A stretch of 64,000 nucleotides of DNA from Conexibacter sp. (GCA_035654055.1 DASRXW010000090.1:3777-67776), one strand, 5' to 3'. Numbered from the stretch's first letter, positions 27,271-36,923 are shown. Notes: generated by a model not told the origin, from the letters alone. Translations and numbers: made by a program.

Positions 27271-28338
27271 TTGACCGAGCACGAGAGGAGCACCGACCCG
27301 ATGCCCGACGACCTGACCGATCCGACCGACGACCGCGCCACGCGCCGCGAGGATCCGCGCGACACGCTCGAGGAGGCGCTGCACGAGATCAAGCGCGTGA
27401 TCGTCGGGCAGGACGCGATGCTCGAGCGCCTGCTCGTCGCCCTGCTGGCCGGCGGCCACGTGCTGCTCGAGGGCGTGCCCGGCCTCGCGAAGACGCTGAC
27501 CGTCAAGACGCTCGCGCAGGTGCTCGGCGGCTCCTTCAAGCGCATCCAGTTCACGCCCGATCTCGTGCCGGCCGACCTCGTCGGCACGCGCGTCTACCGC
27601 CCCGACACCGGCAGGTTCGAGACGGAGCTCGGCCCCGTGTTCGGCAACTTCCTGCTCGCCGACGAGATCAACCGCGCGCCCGCGAAGGTGCAGTCGGCGC
27701 TGCTCGAGGTGATGCAGGAGCAGCAGGTGACGATCGGCGGCGAGACGTTCCCCGTCCCGCACCCGTTCCTCGTGCTCGCGACGCAGAACCCGATCGAGTC
27801 CGAGGGCACGTACCCGCTGCCCGAGGCGCAGGTCGACCGCTTCCTGATGAAGGTCGTCGTGGACTACCCGACGATGGGCGAGGAAGCGGCCGTCGTCGAC
27901 CGCTCGCTCGGGCGTCCCGCGCCGCTGCGCGAGCGGCTCTCGCTCGACGAGCTCGAGCGCTTCAGAGCGGCGACCGAGGCGGTGCTCGTCGACCGCGAGG
28001 TGATCGCCTACGCGGTCGCGCTGGCCGACGCGACGCGGCGGCCGGAGCGCTATGGGCTCGAGGACGTCGCGTCGTTCATCGAGTTCGGCGCCTCGCCGCG
28101 CGGGCCGATCGGGCTCGTGCAGGCGGCGCGCGCGCTCGCGCTGCTGCGCGGTCGCGGCTACGTCGCGGTCGCCGACATCCGCGACCTCGCGCCCGACGTG
28201 CTGCGCCACCGGCTCGTGCTCTCCTACGACGCGCTGACCGAGGACGTGACGGCCGACGAGATCCTCGAGCGCGTGCTCGCGACGGTCGAGGAGCCGCCCG
28301 CCGACCACCTCGCCAGCCGCCGGACGACCGCCGCCTGA
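27271..28338 (+). CDS. moxR: MoxR-family AAA+ ATPase
   Basis: GVPGLAKT, RIQFTPDLVPAD, DEINRAP, ATQNPIE, DRF. Start may be 27301. Confidence 0.95.
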   Translation: MTEHERSTDPMPDDLTDPTDDRATRREDPRDTLEEALHEIKRVIVGQDAMLERLLVALLAGGHVLLEGVPGLAKTLTVKTLAQVLGGSFKRIQFTPDLVPADLVGTRVYRPDTGRFETELGPVFGNFLLADEINRAPAKVQSALLEVMQEQQVTIGGETFPVPHPFLVLATQNPIESEGTYPLPEAQVDRFLMKVVVDYPTMGEEAAVVDRSLGRPAPLRERLSLDELERFRAATEAVLVDREVIAYAVALADATRRPERYGLEDVASFIEFGASPRGPIGLVQAARALALLRGRGYVAVADIRDLAPDVLRHRLVLSYDALTEDVTADEILERVLATVEEPPADHLASRRTTAA

Positions 28339-28343
28339 GGACG

Positions 28344-29267
28344 ATGGCCGCGCCGCCTCAGAGCCCGCCGCCCCTGCGCCCGCCCGCCGCGCGCCAGGGC
28401 CCCGGGCCGCTGCCGCACGGGCTGATCGCGGAGCTCGACCTCGTGATCGCGCGACGCGCCGCCGGGGCGCTGCCGGGCGACCGGCGCGCCGCCGGACTCG
28501 GCGCCGGCACCGAGCTGGCGCAGCTGCGGCCCTACGAAGTCGGCGACGACGTGCGGCAGATCGACGCCGCCGCGACCGCCCGCACGGGCGTACCGCACGT
28601 GCGCCTGCACGTGCCCGAGCGGACGTTGACGACATGGCTCGTGGTCGACGCCTCGCCGTCGATGGCGTTCGGGACGGCGGACCGCCTCAAGTGGGACGTC
28701 GCCGAGGGCGCCGCGCTGGTGCTCGGCCGGCTGGCGGTGCGCCGCGCCGGGCGGGTCGCGCTGATGACGTTCGGCGCAGGACGGCCGCGGCTCGTGCCGC
28801 CGCGCGCCTCGAAGCCGGGCGTCGTCGCGCTGCGGCGCGCGTTGGCGGAGGGCGTCGCCCCGGACGGCCGCCCCGACCGCCACGCGCTGGCCGACGCGCT
28901 GCGCGGTACCGGGCGCGTCGCGACCCAGCCGGGGCTCGTCGTGCTGATCTCCGACTTCCGCGACCAGGACGGCTGGACGCGCCCGCTCGGCGCGCTGCGC
29001 GCGCGGCACTCGGTGATGGCGATCGAGGTCGGCGACCCGCGCGAGGCGGCGATCCCCGCGGTCGGCCGGCTGTCGCTCGTAGACCCGGAGTCGGGCGCGC
29101 GCGTCGAGGTCGACACCTCGCGCCGGCGCGTGCGCGAGCGCTTCGCCGAGCTCGAGGGGGAGCGCCGCGCTCAGGTGACGCGCGAATTGCGGCGGCTCGA
29201 GGTCGAGCACGTCGCGCTGTCGACCGCCGGTGACTGGCTGCAGCAGCTGGGGAGACGGCTGCGGTGA
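28344..29267 (+). CDS. DUF58 protein
   Basis: RPYEVGDDVRQID, VDASPSM, LISDF; canonical MoxR neighbour. Confidence 0.92.
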   Translation: MAAPPQSPPPLRPPAARQGPGPLPHGLIAELDLVIARRAAGALPGDRRAAGLGAGTELAQLRPYEVGDDVRQIDAAATARTGVPHVRLHVPERTLTTWLVVDASPSMAFGTADRLKWDVAEGAALVLGRLAVRRAGRVALMTFGAGRPRLVPPRASKPGVVALRRALAEGVAPDGRPDRHALADALRGTGRVATQPGLVVLISDFRDQDGWTRPLGALRARHSVMAIEVGDPREAAIPAVGRLSLVDPESGARVEVDTSRRRVRERFAELEGERRAQVTRELRRLEVEHVALSTAGDWLQQLGRRLR

Positions 29268-29398
29268 TGTCTGGTCGGCGGATCGTGGTGGCTGGCAAGG
29301 ACGCAGGGAGCGTGGCCTGCTCACGCAGGCGAGCGACCGAGGACGCCGACCAACGGCTTCGCCGTCGGTGCCCTCGCGGCGAGGCGTCGACCAGATGA
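29264..29398 (+). repeat. Interspersed hairpin element, copy 2, with a bridging mini-ORF (44 aa)
   Basis: TCTGGTCGGCG/CGTCGACCAGA termini; GTG/ATG overlaps the DUF58 stop and TGA (29396-29398) overlaps the vWA ATG at 29395. Confidence 0.85.
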
Positions 29399-30351
29399 GC
29401 TTCGCGAGCCCGCTGTTCCTGCTGGCGCTGCTGCTCGTCCCGCTGGCGCTCGCGGCGCACCTCGCGAGCCTGCGCCGCGCGCGCAGGTACGCCGTCCGCT
29501 TCCCGGCCGTCGCGACGCTCGTCGCGGCCGCGGGCCGCACGCCGGCGTGGCGGCGGCAGCTGCCGATCGCGCTGCTGCTGGCATCGATCGCGGTCCTCGC
29601 GCTCGCACTCGCGAAGCCGCAGCGGACGGTGGCGGTGCCGGTCGATCGGGCGTCGATCATGCTCGTGACCGACCACTCCCGCTCGATGATGGCCGATGAC
29701 GTGAACCCGACCCGCCTCGGGGCAGCGAAGCGCGCAGCGAACACGTTCCTCGACCAGCTCCCGCCCGGCGTGCGCGTCGGCGTGACGACGTTCTCCGACG
29801 TGCCCGACGGGACGCAGGCGCCGACGCGCGACCACGCGCTCGTGCGGCAGATGGTCGACGCGCAGATCGCCGACGGCGGGACGGCGACCGGCGATGCGCT
29901 GCAGGTCGCGCTCGACACGCTCGAACGCGAGCCGAGAGGCAGCGACGGCAGACGGCCGCCGTCGGCGATCGTGCTGCTGTCGGACGGCGCCACCACGATC
30001 GGCCGCGACCCGGTCGGCGTCGCGGTGACGGCACGCGAGCTGAAGGTCCCCATCTACACGGTCGCGCTCGGCACGCGCGACGCGACCGTCCCGAACCCCG
30101 GCTTCGGGCCGCCGCTGCTGTCGGTGCCGCCCGACCCGGAGACGCTGCGCCGCATCGCCGAGGCCTCCGGCGGCCACGCCTACTCGGCGCAGGACGACCA
30201 GCAGCTGTCGACGATCTACAAGACGCTCGGCAGCCAGCTCGGCACCCGCGACGTCGAGCGCGAGGTCACCGCCGCCTTCGCCGCCGCCGGCCTCGTCCTG
30301 CTGCTCGGCGCCGCCGCAGCGTCGACGCGGTGGGCGGGGCGGCTGCCGTAG
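29395..30351 (+). CDS. Second vWA-domain membrane protein
   Basis: MSFASP; DHSRS, GGTATG, LSDG; paralogue of 26301..27260. Confidence 0.92.
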   Translation: MSFASPLFLLALLLVPLALAAHLASLRRARRYAVRFPAVATLVAAAGRTPAWRRQLPIALLLASIAVLALALAKPQRTVAVPVDRASIMLVTDHSRSMMADDVNPTRLGAAKRAANTFLDQLPPGVRVGVTTFSDVPDGTQAPTRDHALVRQMVDAQIADGGTATGDALQVALDTLEREPRGSDGRRPPSAIVLLSDGATTIGRDPVGVAVTARELKVPIYTVALGTRDATVPNPGFGPPLLSVPPDPETLRRIAEASGGHAYSAQDDQQLSTIYKTLGSQLGTRDVEREVTAAFAAAGLVLLLGAAAASTRWAGRLP

Positions 30352-30406
30352 CGGCCAGCAGCGCAGACCCGCGCAAGCCGTCGTACACGAGCGATAGGTT
30401 TGCCCA

Positions 30407-31594
30407 ATGGGCGATGCCAACGACGACGCCATTGACCTCTCCGTCGAGGAGCTCGAGCCCAGCGATGGTGACGGCATCACGATCGAGAACAGCCTCGACG
30501 ACGCAGAAGGCGGTGACTTCAGCTACATCCGTCCCCCCGATCGGCGCCTCATCACGCAGCCGGTCGATCTTGCGATCAGCCAGCTGGTCGCCCAGGTCGG
30601 GGACGGCCATCTCCATCTCAGGCCGGTCTATCAGCGCGACTATGTCTGGGACAACAAGAAGGCCAGCAAGCTGGTCGAGAGCCTGCTGATCAACGTTCCC
30701 ATCCCTGTGTGTTATCTCGCGGAGGAGTCCGACGGAACCCGTTCCGTGATCGATGGCCAGCAGCGACTTCGTTCGCTTGTCCGGTACCTCGACAATCAGT
30801 TTGCGCTTACCGGCCTCGATGTGCTGAGCGAGCTCAACCGCAAGCGCTTCCACAAGCTCAGCGACCGGCAGCAACGCCTGATTCGCAATCGAACGATTCG
30901 TTGCATCGTGATCAGCGACGACTCGGACCCCGACATCCGGTTCGACGTCTTCGAGCGGCTCAACACCGGATCCGTTCCGCTGAACGCACAGGAGCTTCGC
31001 AACAGCGTCTATCGAGGCTCTTTCAACCAGGCTCTGCGCGACATGGCCACCGAGGCAGTGTTCCGACAGTGCCTCGGCAACCGCAGCGATCTGCGCATGA
31101 CGTTCGAGGAGCTGATCCTGCGGTTCCTCGCGCTGGATGAGCGCTTTTCCGCCTACCGGCCGAGTCTGAAGCGCTTCCTCACCGAATACATGCGTGACCA
31201 TCGCGACCTCGGCGCCGACGACCTCGCTGACAAGCGAAAGCGCTTCTTGCTGACTGCGGAGAAAGCGCGTGCCGTCTATGGAGAGCTCTGCTTCCGACGT
31301 GCCGGAGTGGAGGGCGACGAGTGGCACTGGCTGTCAACCCTCAACAGCGCGATGTTCGACGTCGTGATGCTTAACTTTGCGCGCGTCGATGCCACGCCTG
31401 CCGCGTTCAAGCGAAAGGCCGCGAAGATCGAGCAGATGACAGCTGAACTGACGCTCGAGGACGAGGACTTTCAGGATGCCATCTCGCGTGCGACGGGCGA
31501 CCGGACGCGGCTCCGTACCCGAGTGCGGATCTTTGCCGAGCACCTCCGAGAGCTTGGCTTCGACTCTGGGCTCTCCAGCCTCGCGGCCGACTGA
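30407..31594 (+). CDS. DUF262 (ParB-like/GmrS) protein
   Basis: PVYQRDYVW, IDGQQRL, FERLNTG; lower GC than its neighbours. Confidence 0.9.
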   Translation: MGDANDDAIDLSVEELEPSDGDGITIENSLDDAEGGDFSYIRPPDRRLITQPVDLAISQLVAQVGDGHLHLRPVYQRDYVWDNKKASKLVESLLINVPIPVCYLAEESDGTRSVIDGQQRLRSLVRYLDNQFALTGLDVLSELNRKRFHKLSDRQQRLIRNRTIRCIVISDDSDPDIRFDVFERLNTGSVPLNAQELRNSVYRGSFNQALRDMATEAVFRQCLGNRSDLRMTFEELILRFLALDERFSAYRPSLKRFLTEYMRDHRDLGADDLADKRKRFLLTAEKARAVYGELCFRRAGVEGDEWHWLSTLNSAMFDVVMLNFARVDATPAAFKRKAAKIEQMTAELTLEDEDFQDAISRATGDRTRLRTRVRIFAEHLRELGFDSGLSSLAAD

Positions 31595-31599
31595 GGGCA

Positions 31600-32298
31600 A
31601 TGCTGCACTCGCAGGCGTGGCGCGACTTCATTGTCAATCTGAGGGAGGCCACACAACTGCTGCGCGCTGATCCTGCAAGTGCCGGTGCTGCACGCCACAG
31701 CTTCCCCTCAAAGTCCGACCTCGCGCTCACCGCAGCCTTGACGAAAGGCTGCGTGATGCTGACGAGTGGGCGCCTGCAAGGCTGCATCGAGTCTCAAACG
31801 CAGGAGTTCCTTGAGCGGATCGATGAGAGTGGTGTTATGGTCGATTCACTTCCCGAGGATCTGCGTGGTGCGCTCTGCTCACAGTACTTTCGCGGCAAGT
31901 CTACGCTCAGCTCGGCGGATACGATCGAGGTTCACAAGACCTATGCCGCCCTGTGGATCTCCGGCACAGTACTTCCGGCAGGCCTGCTCAAGACCGACTC
32001 ACTCCCAGACGAGATCTGGAACCCGCGGCCGCACCGTGTGCGAAAGCTCATGCGCCGCTGCGACATCGATCTCTTCAGTCAGATCCAGCGTGATCATGGC
32101 AGCAGCTATTTGGAAGACATGAGACGCTACGTGGACGAGTTGATCGACTTTCGCAACGCGGTCGCGCATGGCTCCGAGGTGTTGCTGTGGACAGCTGGTG
32201 ACGTGCTCTTCCGCATGCGGTGGGCAACCCGACTTGCGCGTACCTGCGACCGGGCCCTCGGTCAGAAGCTCGTTGAGATCACGGGAGACGGCTGGTGA
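31600..32298 (+). CDS. HEPN-like (MAE_28990/RiboL-PSP-type) putative RNase
   Basis: RNAVAHG (Rx4H) motif; follows DUF262; low GC. Confidence 0.7.
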   Translation: MLHSQAWRDFIVNLREATQLLRADPASAGAARHSFPSKSDLALTAALTKGCVMLTSGRLQGCIESQTQEFLERIDESGVMVDSLPEDLRGALCSQYFRGKSTLSSADTIEVHKTYAALWISGTVLPAGLLKTDSLPDEIWNPRPHRVRKLMRRCDIDLFSQIQRDHGSSYLEDMRRYVDELIDFRNAVAHGSEVLLWTAGDVLFRMRWATRLARTCDRALGQKLVEITGDGW

Positions 32299-32311
32299 GG
32301 CGGCGCCAGCC

Positions 32312-32584
32312 TCAGGTGACGACGGTCCAGGGCTCGACGCGCGAGCTGGTGACGAGGCCGGCGGCGGTGTAGGGGTCCTCGGCGGCGAACGCGTCGGCGT
32401 CGGCGGCGTCGCGGAAGGCGAACAGGCCGCCGCTCGGAGGGACGCCGGTCGCGCTGGCGATCACGAGACGGCCGCTCTCGTGGTAGCGGGCGATCAGCGC
32501 GAGGTGGCCCTCGCGGTGGGGCGCGCGGCGCTCCGTGATGTCCGGGACGTACTCGTAGACGAGCAGGTGCAGCAGCTCCGACAT
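32312..32584 (-). CDS. YciI-like protein
   Basis: ATG at 32584; RRAPHREGHL and AAEDPY motifs; TAGGCT 7 nt upstream. Confidence 0.88.
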   Translation of the reverse strand: MSELLHLLVYEYVPDITERRAPHREGHLALIARYHESGRLVIASATGVPPSGGLFAFRDAADADAFAAEDPYTAAGLVTSSRVEPWTVVT

Positions 32585-32621
32585 GGCGCGGAGCCTAGCG
32601 AGCGTCGTGCTCGCGCGCCGC

Positions 32622-32648
32622 TCAACTCGCCCCCGCGGCCGCCGATCA
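32622..32648 (+). promoter_or_regulatory. Sigma28 (FliA/WhiG)-type promoter
   Basis: TCAA-N15-GCCGATCA, 8 nt before ATG 32657. Confidence 0.75.
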
Positions 32649-32656
32649 CCGGGGCG

Positions 32657-35600
32657 ATGGACTCGCCTGCCCCCCCGGCGCCGCGCGTCACGCTCGGGAT
32701 CGCCACGTACGACCGCGACACCTACCTCGCCGAGGCGATCGCGAGCGGGCTTGGGCAGGCCTACGACGACTTCGAGCTGCTGGTGGTGTGCGACGGCTCG
32801 CGCAACCCTGCGATCGACGCCGTGCTCGACGGCTTCGCCGGCGACCCGCGCCTGCGGGTCGTGCGCCACACCGAGAACCGCGGGATCGCGGCCGCCTACG
32901 ACACGATCTGGCGCGAGGGCCGCGGCGAGCTGATCGCGATGCTCGGCGACGACGACGTCTGCCTGCCTGACCGCCTCGCCCGCCAGGCGGCGATCTTCGA
33001 CCGCCACCCGGACACCGGCGTCGTGCACGGCGACGCGCTCGTGATCGACGGCGCCGGCGCCGTCACCGGCCGCTGGGACTCGCGCGACTTCACGCCGGCC
33101 GAGCTGGTGCACGCGTTCTTCCGCTCGCACAACCACCTCGTCGACCCGACGCGGATGGTCCACCGGCGCGTCTACGAGGCGGTCGGCGGCTACGACGGCA
33201 GCTACCCGATCGCGCAGGACCTGCACTTCTGGCTGCGCGCCGCGCGCGACTTCCGCTTCCGCCACGTCCCCGGCGGGCCGCTGACCGGCTTCCGCCGCCA
33301 CGGCGCGAACACGTCCGACGAGTCGGCGCGCGCGCAGGAGATCGCCGACGTCGAGCGCGCATTGGAGATGGCGCTCGACCTCTATCCGCTGCGCGAGCTG
33401 GTGCCGGAGCTCGACTGGGACGTGCTCGACGCGCGGGACGCCGAGTGCCAGGCGTGGCTGCGGCTGGCCGACGCGCTCCAGCGGCGGCGGCTGCCGCTGC
33501 CCGCGCTCGCCGCGCGGGTGCGCGAGCGCGCGGCCGCGCTGCCCGCACCGGCGCCGCGACGGCTGCGCGGCGCCGGCGCGAGACGCCTGCTGATGACGGC
33601 GTTCGGCTGGAACGACGCGGGCGGCGGCACGCTCGTGCCGCGGCTGGCCGCGAAGGAGCTGGCGCGGCGCGGCTGGGACGTGACCGTCTTCCACGCCGCC
33701 GTCACGCAGCTGCCCGACGCCGGGCCCTACCACGTGGCCGAGTGGGAGGAGGACGGCGTGCGGCTGCTCGGCGTCCACAACCGCCGTCACGGGCTGTGGG
33801 ACCGCCTCGACCCGCTGCGCGAGCTGGACGATCCGCCGATCACGGCCGCCTACGCCGCCGCGCTCGACCGCCTGCGGCCCGACGTCGTCCACTTCCACAA
33901 CCTCCACAACCTCGGCGCGGCGCTGATCGACGCGACGGCTGCGCGCGGGATCCCGTCGTACTTCACGACGCACAACTACTGGCTCGTCTGCCCGCGCGCC
34001 TACCTGCAGACCGGCGAGGCCGCGATCTGCGCCGGCCCCGGCGACGGCGCGCGCTGCGCCACCTGCGTCGGCGGGCGCGACCCGGACGGGCACCGCCGCC
34101 GCTTCGAGCAGATCCGCGCGCGCGTCGCACGCGGCGTGACCGCCGTGCTGGCCGTCTCCGACGCCGTGCGCGAGACGCTCGCCGCCTGCGGCTACCCGCC
34201 TGAGATGCTCGACGTCGTGCGCCAGGGGATGCCGCACGACGGCACGATCTGGGAGCAGCTCGGTCGCGACCGCGTGCCCGGCCGAGCCGGCGGGCCGGGC
34301 GCGCCCCTGACGGTTGCGTTCGTCGGCTCCGCCTACCCGCACAAGGGCCCGCAGCTGCTCGTGGAGGCGGCGCAGCTGGTCGCGGCGCCGCTGCGCGTGC
34401 AGGTCCACGGCGAGCTGCCCGACGCGTTCCGCGACGAGCTGCTGGCGCGCGACGCGCGCGGCGTGGTCGAGCTGTGCGGCGCGTTCCGCCCCAGCGAGAT
34501 GGCGCGCGTGCTCGCCGGCGTGGACGTCGCGGCGCTGCCGTCGGTGTGGTGGGACTGCGCACCGCTCGTCGCCGCCGAGTGCCGCGCCGGCCGCGTGCCG
34601 CTGCTCGTCCCCCGCCTCGGCGGGCTGGCGGAGGCGGTCCGCGACGGCGTCGACGGGCTCGCCTTCGACGCGCTCTCGGTCGACGGCCTCGCGGCGGCGC
34701 TGTCGCGGGTCGCGACCGAGCCCGGGCTGCTGGAGCGACTGCAGGCGGGGATCGCCCCGCCGCGCGCGTTCGCGGCGTACGTGGACGAGCTCGAGGCCCA
34801 TTACGCGGGCGAGCGGCCGGGGCACGAGCGCGCGGTCGCGCAGCCGAGCCGCGCCGATGGCGGCGTGACCGCGTCCGAGCCGCAGGAGCCGCACGCCGCG
34901 GACGGCGGCGCGGCTTCGATCGAGCGGCTCGCCGTGCTGTGGCGCGGCGACGTCCCGCCGCCCCCGCTGCCTTGCCGCGTGCAGCACCTCGCGCCGCCGC
35001 ACGCCGCCGACCCGCCGCTGCCGCACGTGGCGCACGTCGAGGTGCGCACGTCATGGCCGCCTGACCAGCGCCCGGCAGCCGCCGGCCGCCTCGTGCTCGC
35101 CCAGCCGGCGGGCGCCGCGCCGCCGGACGGTCCGCTCGCGGACGGCGTGCAGCCTGCCCTCGGTGTCGCCCCTGGCCCGCTCGCGGACTGCGTTGACGAG
35201 CTGTGGGTGCCCGGCGAGCCCGCGCGTGAGGCCGCGCTCGCTGCCGGCTGCGACGCCGCGCGCGTCCGCGTGCTCGACCTGGCCGACGGCGACGGGGTCG
35301 CCGCGCGCCTCGCCGCGCTCGCCGCCCGCCCGCCGCGTGCGGCCGACCCTGCGTTCGCGCCGCCGCGCGAGCTGGAGGAGGACGCCGAGCTGCGCGTGCT
35401 CGCGACGCCCGCCTGGCGCGCCGTGCCGGGCACTGGGGACCCCGACCCGCTCGCAGAGCTGCTCGCGCAGTGGTGTGCGGCGACGACCCCCGCGTCGAGC
35501 ACCTGCCTCTACCTGCTCGCCGACCCGGCCGCGGACGGCACGGCGCAGGAGCTGGAGGCGCGCGTGCTCGCCGCCGCGGCGGCCGCCGGCGTCGACCTCG

Positions 35601-35818
35601 AGGCGTGCGCCGACATCAACCTGATGGTCGAGCCGCTCACCGCCGAGCGCGACGCGCGCCTGCACGCCGCGATCCCGCTCTACGTCCCGCTCCACCCCGC
35701 CTGCGCCGGCCACGAGCGACTCGCGCGCGCGACTGGCGGCGAGATCGTCCCGCTGGCCGGCGACGGCCTCGCGCGGCGCCTGCGCACCGCCATACGCACG
35801 GTCCCCGCGCCCGCCTGA
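32657..35818 (+). CDS. Multidomain glycosyltransferase (GT2 + GT4 + degenerate third domain)
   Basis: IATYDR, VCDGS, GDDD (GT-A); PDVVHFHNLH, PHKG, PSVWWD (GT-B). Confidence 0.88.
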   Translation: MDSPAPPAPRVTLGIATYDRDTYLAEAIASGLGQAYDDFELLVVCDGSRNPAIDAVLDGFAGDPRLRVVRHTENRGIAAAYDTIWREGRGELIAMLGDDDVCLPDRLARQAAIFDRHPDTGVVHGDALVIDGAGAVTGRWDSRDFTPAELVHAFFRSHNHLVDPTRMVHRRVYEAVGGYDGSYPIAQDLHFWLRAARDFRFRHVPGGPLTGFRRHGANTSDESARAQEIADVERALEMALDLYPLRELVPELDWDVLDARDAECQAWLRLADALQRRRLPLPALAARVRERAAALPAPAPRRLRGAGARRLLMTAFGWNDAGGGTLVPRLAAKELARRGWDVTVFHAAVTQLPDAGPYHVAEWEEDGVRLLGVHNRRHGLWDRLDPLRELDDPPITAAYAAALDRLRPDVVHFHNLHNLGAALIDATAARGIPSYFTTHNYWLVCPRAYLQTGEAAICAGPGDGARCATCVGGRDPDGHRRRFEQIRARVARGVTAVLAVSDAVRETLAACGYPPEMLDVVRQGMPHDGTIWEQLGRDRVPGRAGGPGAPLTVAFVGSAYPHKGPQLLVEAAQLVAAPLRVQVHGELPDAFRDELLARDARGVVELCGAFRPSEMARVLAGVDVAALPSVWWDCAPLVAAECRAGRVPLLVPRLGGLAEAVRDGVDGLAFDALSVDGLAAALSRVATEPGLLERLQAGIAPPRAFAAYVDELEAHYAGERPGHERAVAQPSRADGGVTASEPQEPHAADGGAASIERLAVLWRGDVPPPPLPCRVQHLAPPHAADPPLPHVAHVEVRTSWPPDQRPAAAGRLVLAQPAGAAPPDGPLADGVQPALGVAPGPLADCVDELWVPGEPAREAALAAGCDAARVRVLDLADGDGVAARLAALAARPPRAADPAFAPPRELEEDAELRVLATPAWRAVPGTGDPDPLAELLAQWCAATTPASSTCLYLLADPAADGTAQELEARVLAAAAAAGVDLEACADINLMVEPLTAERDARLHAAIPLYVPLHPACAGHERLARATGGEIVPLAGDGLARRLRTAIRTVPAPA

Positions 35819-35928
35819 CTTTCAGACGACCTCTTAGAAGGGGGGATTCTTGTTATAGAGCCCGTATTCCGCGCTTCGTACTCGAACGCGCCGAGCACGA
35901 GCTGCCCGACGCGGGCTGAGCCGGCAGC

Positions 35929-35955
35929 TCAAGCCGAGCCGCGCGCCGTCGATCA
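35929..35955 (+). promoter_or_regulatory. Sigma28-type promoter
   Basis: TCAA-N15-GTCGATCA, 8 nt before GTG 35964. Confidence 0.65.
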
Positions 35956-35963
35956 CCCGGGAC

Positions 35964-36923
35964 GTGAGCCCCGTGACGAGTGCCGCGGCGCCGTCGGCGA
36001 TCGTGCCGTCGCTGTTCAACGACCCTGCGTTCCACATGCTCAACGGGGCCGCGGGGATCCTGCTGGAGCACTCGGAGGCCGGGCACCCCGTAGGGGCGCT
36101 CGGCGGTGCGCTGCTCGATGACGGCCGATTCGTCTCGGGCCGCAGCGCGCCGTTCGGCGGCGTCGACCTCGTGCGCGAGCGCGAGACCCCCACGCGCATC
36201 GGCGCGCTGCTCGACGCGGCGCTCGACCGCCTCGCCGAGCTGGGCGTTCGCGACGTCACGCTGCGGCTGCCGCCCGCGTGCCACCACGCGTCGTTCGAAA
36301 CGGTCGTCTTCGCGCTGCTGAACCGCGGCTTCGCGGTCGCCGAGGCGGACCTCGCGTTCCACGTCGACCTGCGCCCGCTTGCATCGACCGACGACTACCT
36401 CGCCGCGCTCAAGCCGCCCGCGCGCCGCGCGCTCCACCACGCCGCCGACGAGCCGTGGTCGACCGTGCAGGCGGACGCCGAGGACGCCGCCGCGTGGGAT
36501 CGCGGCATCGCGCTGCTGATCGAGAACCGCGCCGCGAAGGGCCGCGAGCTGTCGCTCGACGCCGCCTACGTCGAGCGCGCACGCCGCGCCTTCCGCACGC
36601 GGATCCGGCTGCTCGAGCTGCGTCATGCAGGTCGCGCCGTCGCCGCCGCGCTCACGTACCGCGTGCGGCCGCAGGTCGAGCTCGTGGTCGCATGGGGCGA
36701 CGCGGGCCACGCGCTGGAGCGCTCGCCGATGAACCGGCTCGCGTTCGAGGTCGTCGCACGCGCGCTCGCCGAGCGCGTCGCCGTGCTCGACCTCGGCACC
36801 TCGACGCTGCCCACGGCCGACGGGCGGCGGCGGGTCCCGAACGACGGACTGGTCCAGTTCAAGCGCAGCGTCGGCGCGCGCGAGCAGGTGCGGCTCGTGC
36901 TCGAGGGCGCGGTGGGCGCATGA
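35964..36923 (+). CDS. GNAT/FemAB-like acyltransferase
   Basis: SAPFGG, LDLGTST...NDGLVQFKRSVGA. Confidence 0.72.
   Translation: MSPVTSAAAPSAIVPSLFNDPAFHMLNGAAGILLEHSEAGHPVGALGGALLDDGRFVSGRSAPFGGVDLVRERETPTRIGALLDAALDRLAELGVRDVTLRLPPACHHASFETVVFALLNRGFAVAEADLAFHVDLRPLASTDDYLAALKPPARRALHHAADEPWSTVQADAEDAAAWDRGIALLIENRAAKGRELSLDAAYVERARRAFRTRIRLLELRHAGRAVAAALTYRVRPQVELVVAWGDAGHALERSPMNRLAFEVVARALAERVAVLDLGTSTLPTADGRRRVPNDGLVQFKRSVGAREQVRLVLEGAVGA

Noticed and set aside
29230-29394. N-terminal extension of the second vWA protein
   Set aside because: The paralogue begins MSFAAP, matching MSFASP at 29395; the extension is the repeat element.
26173-29398. CRISPR array or conserved small protein for the repeated element
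   Set aside because: Only two copies 3 kb apart with no spacers; the first halves of the mini-ORFs are in different frames, so the peptide is not conserved.
35821-35832. Neisseriaceae-like DNA uptake sequence (AGGTCGTCTGAA on the minus strand)
   Set aside because: Single occurrence in an unrelated lineage; chance match.
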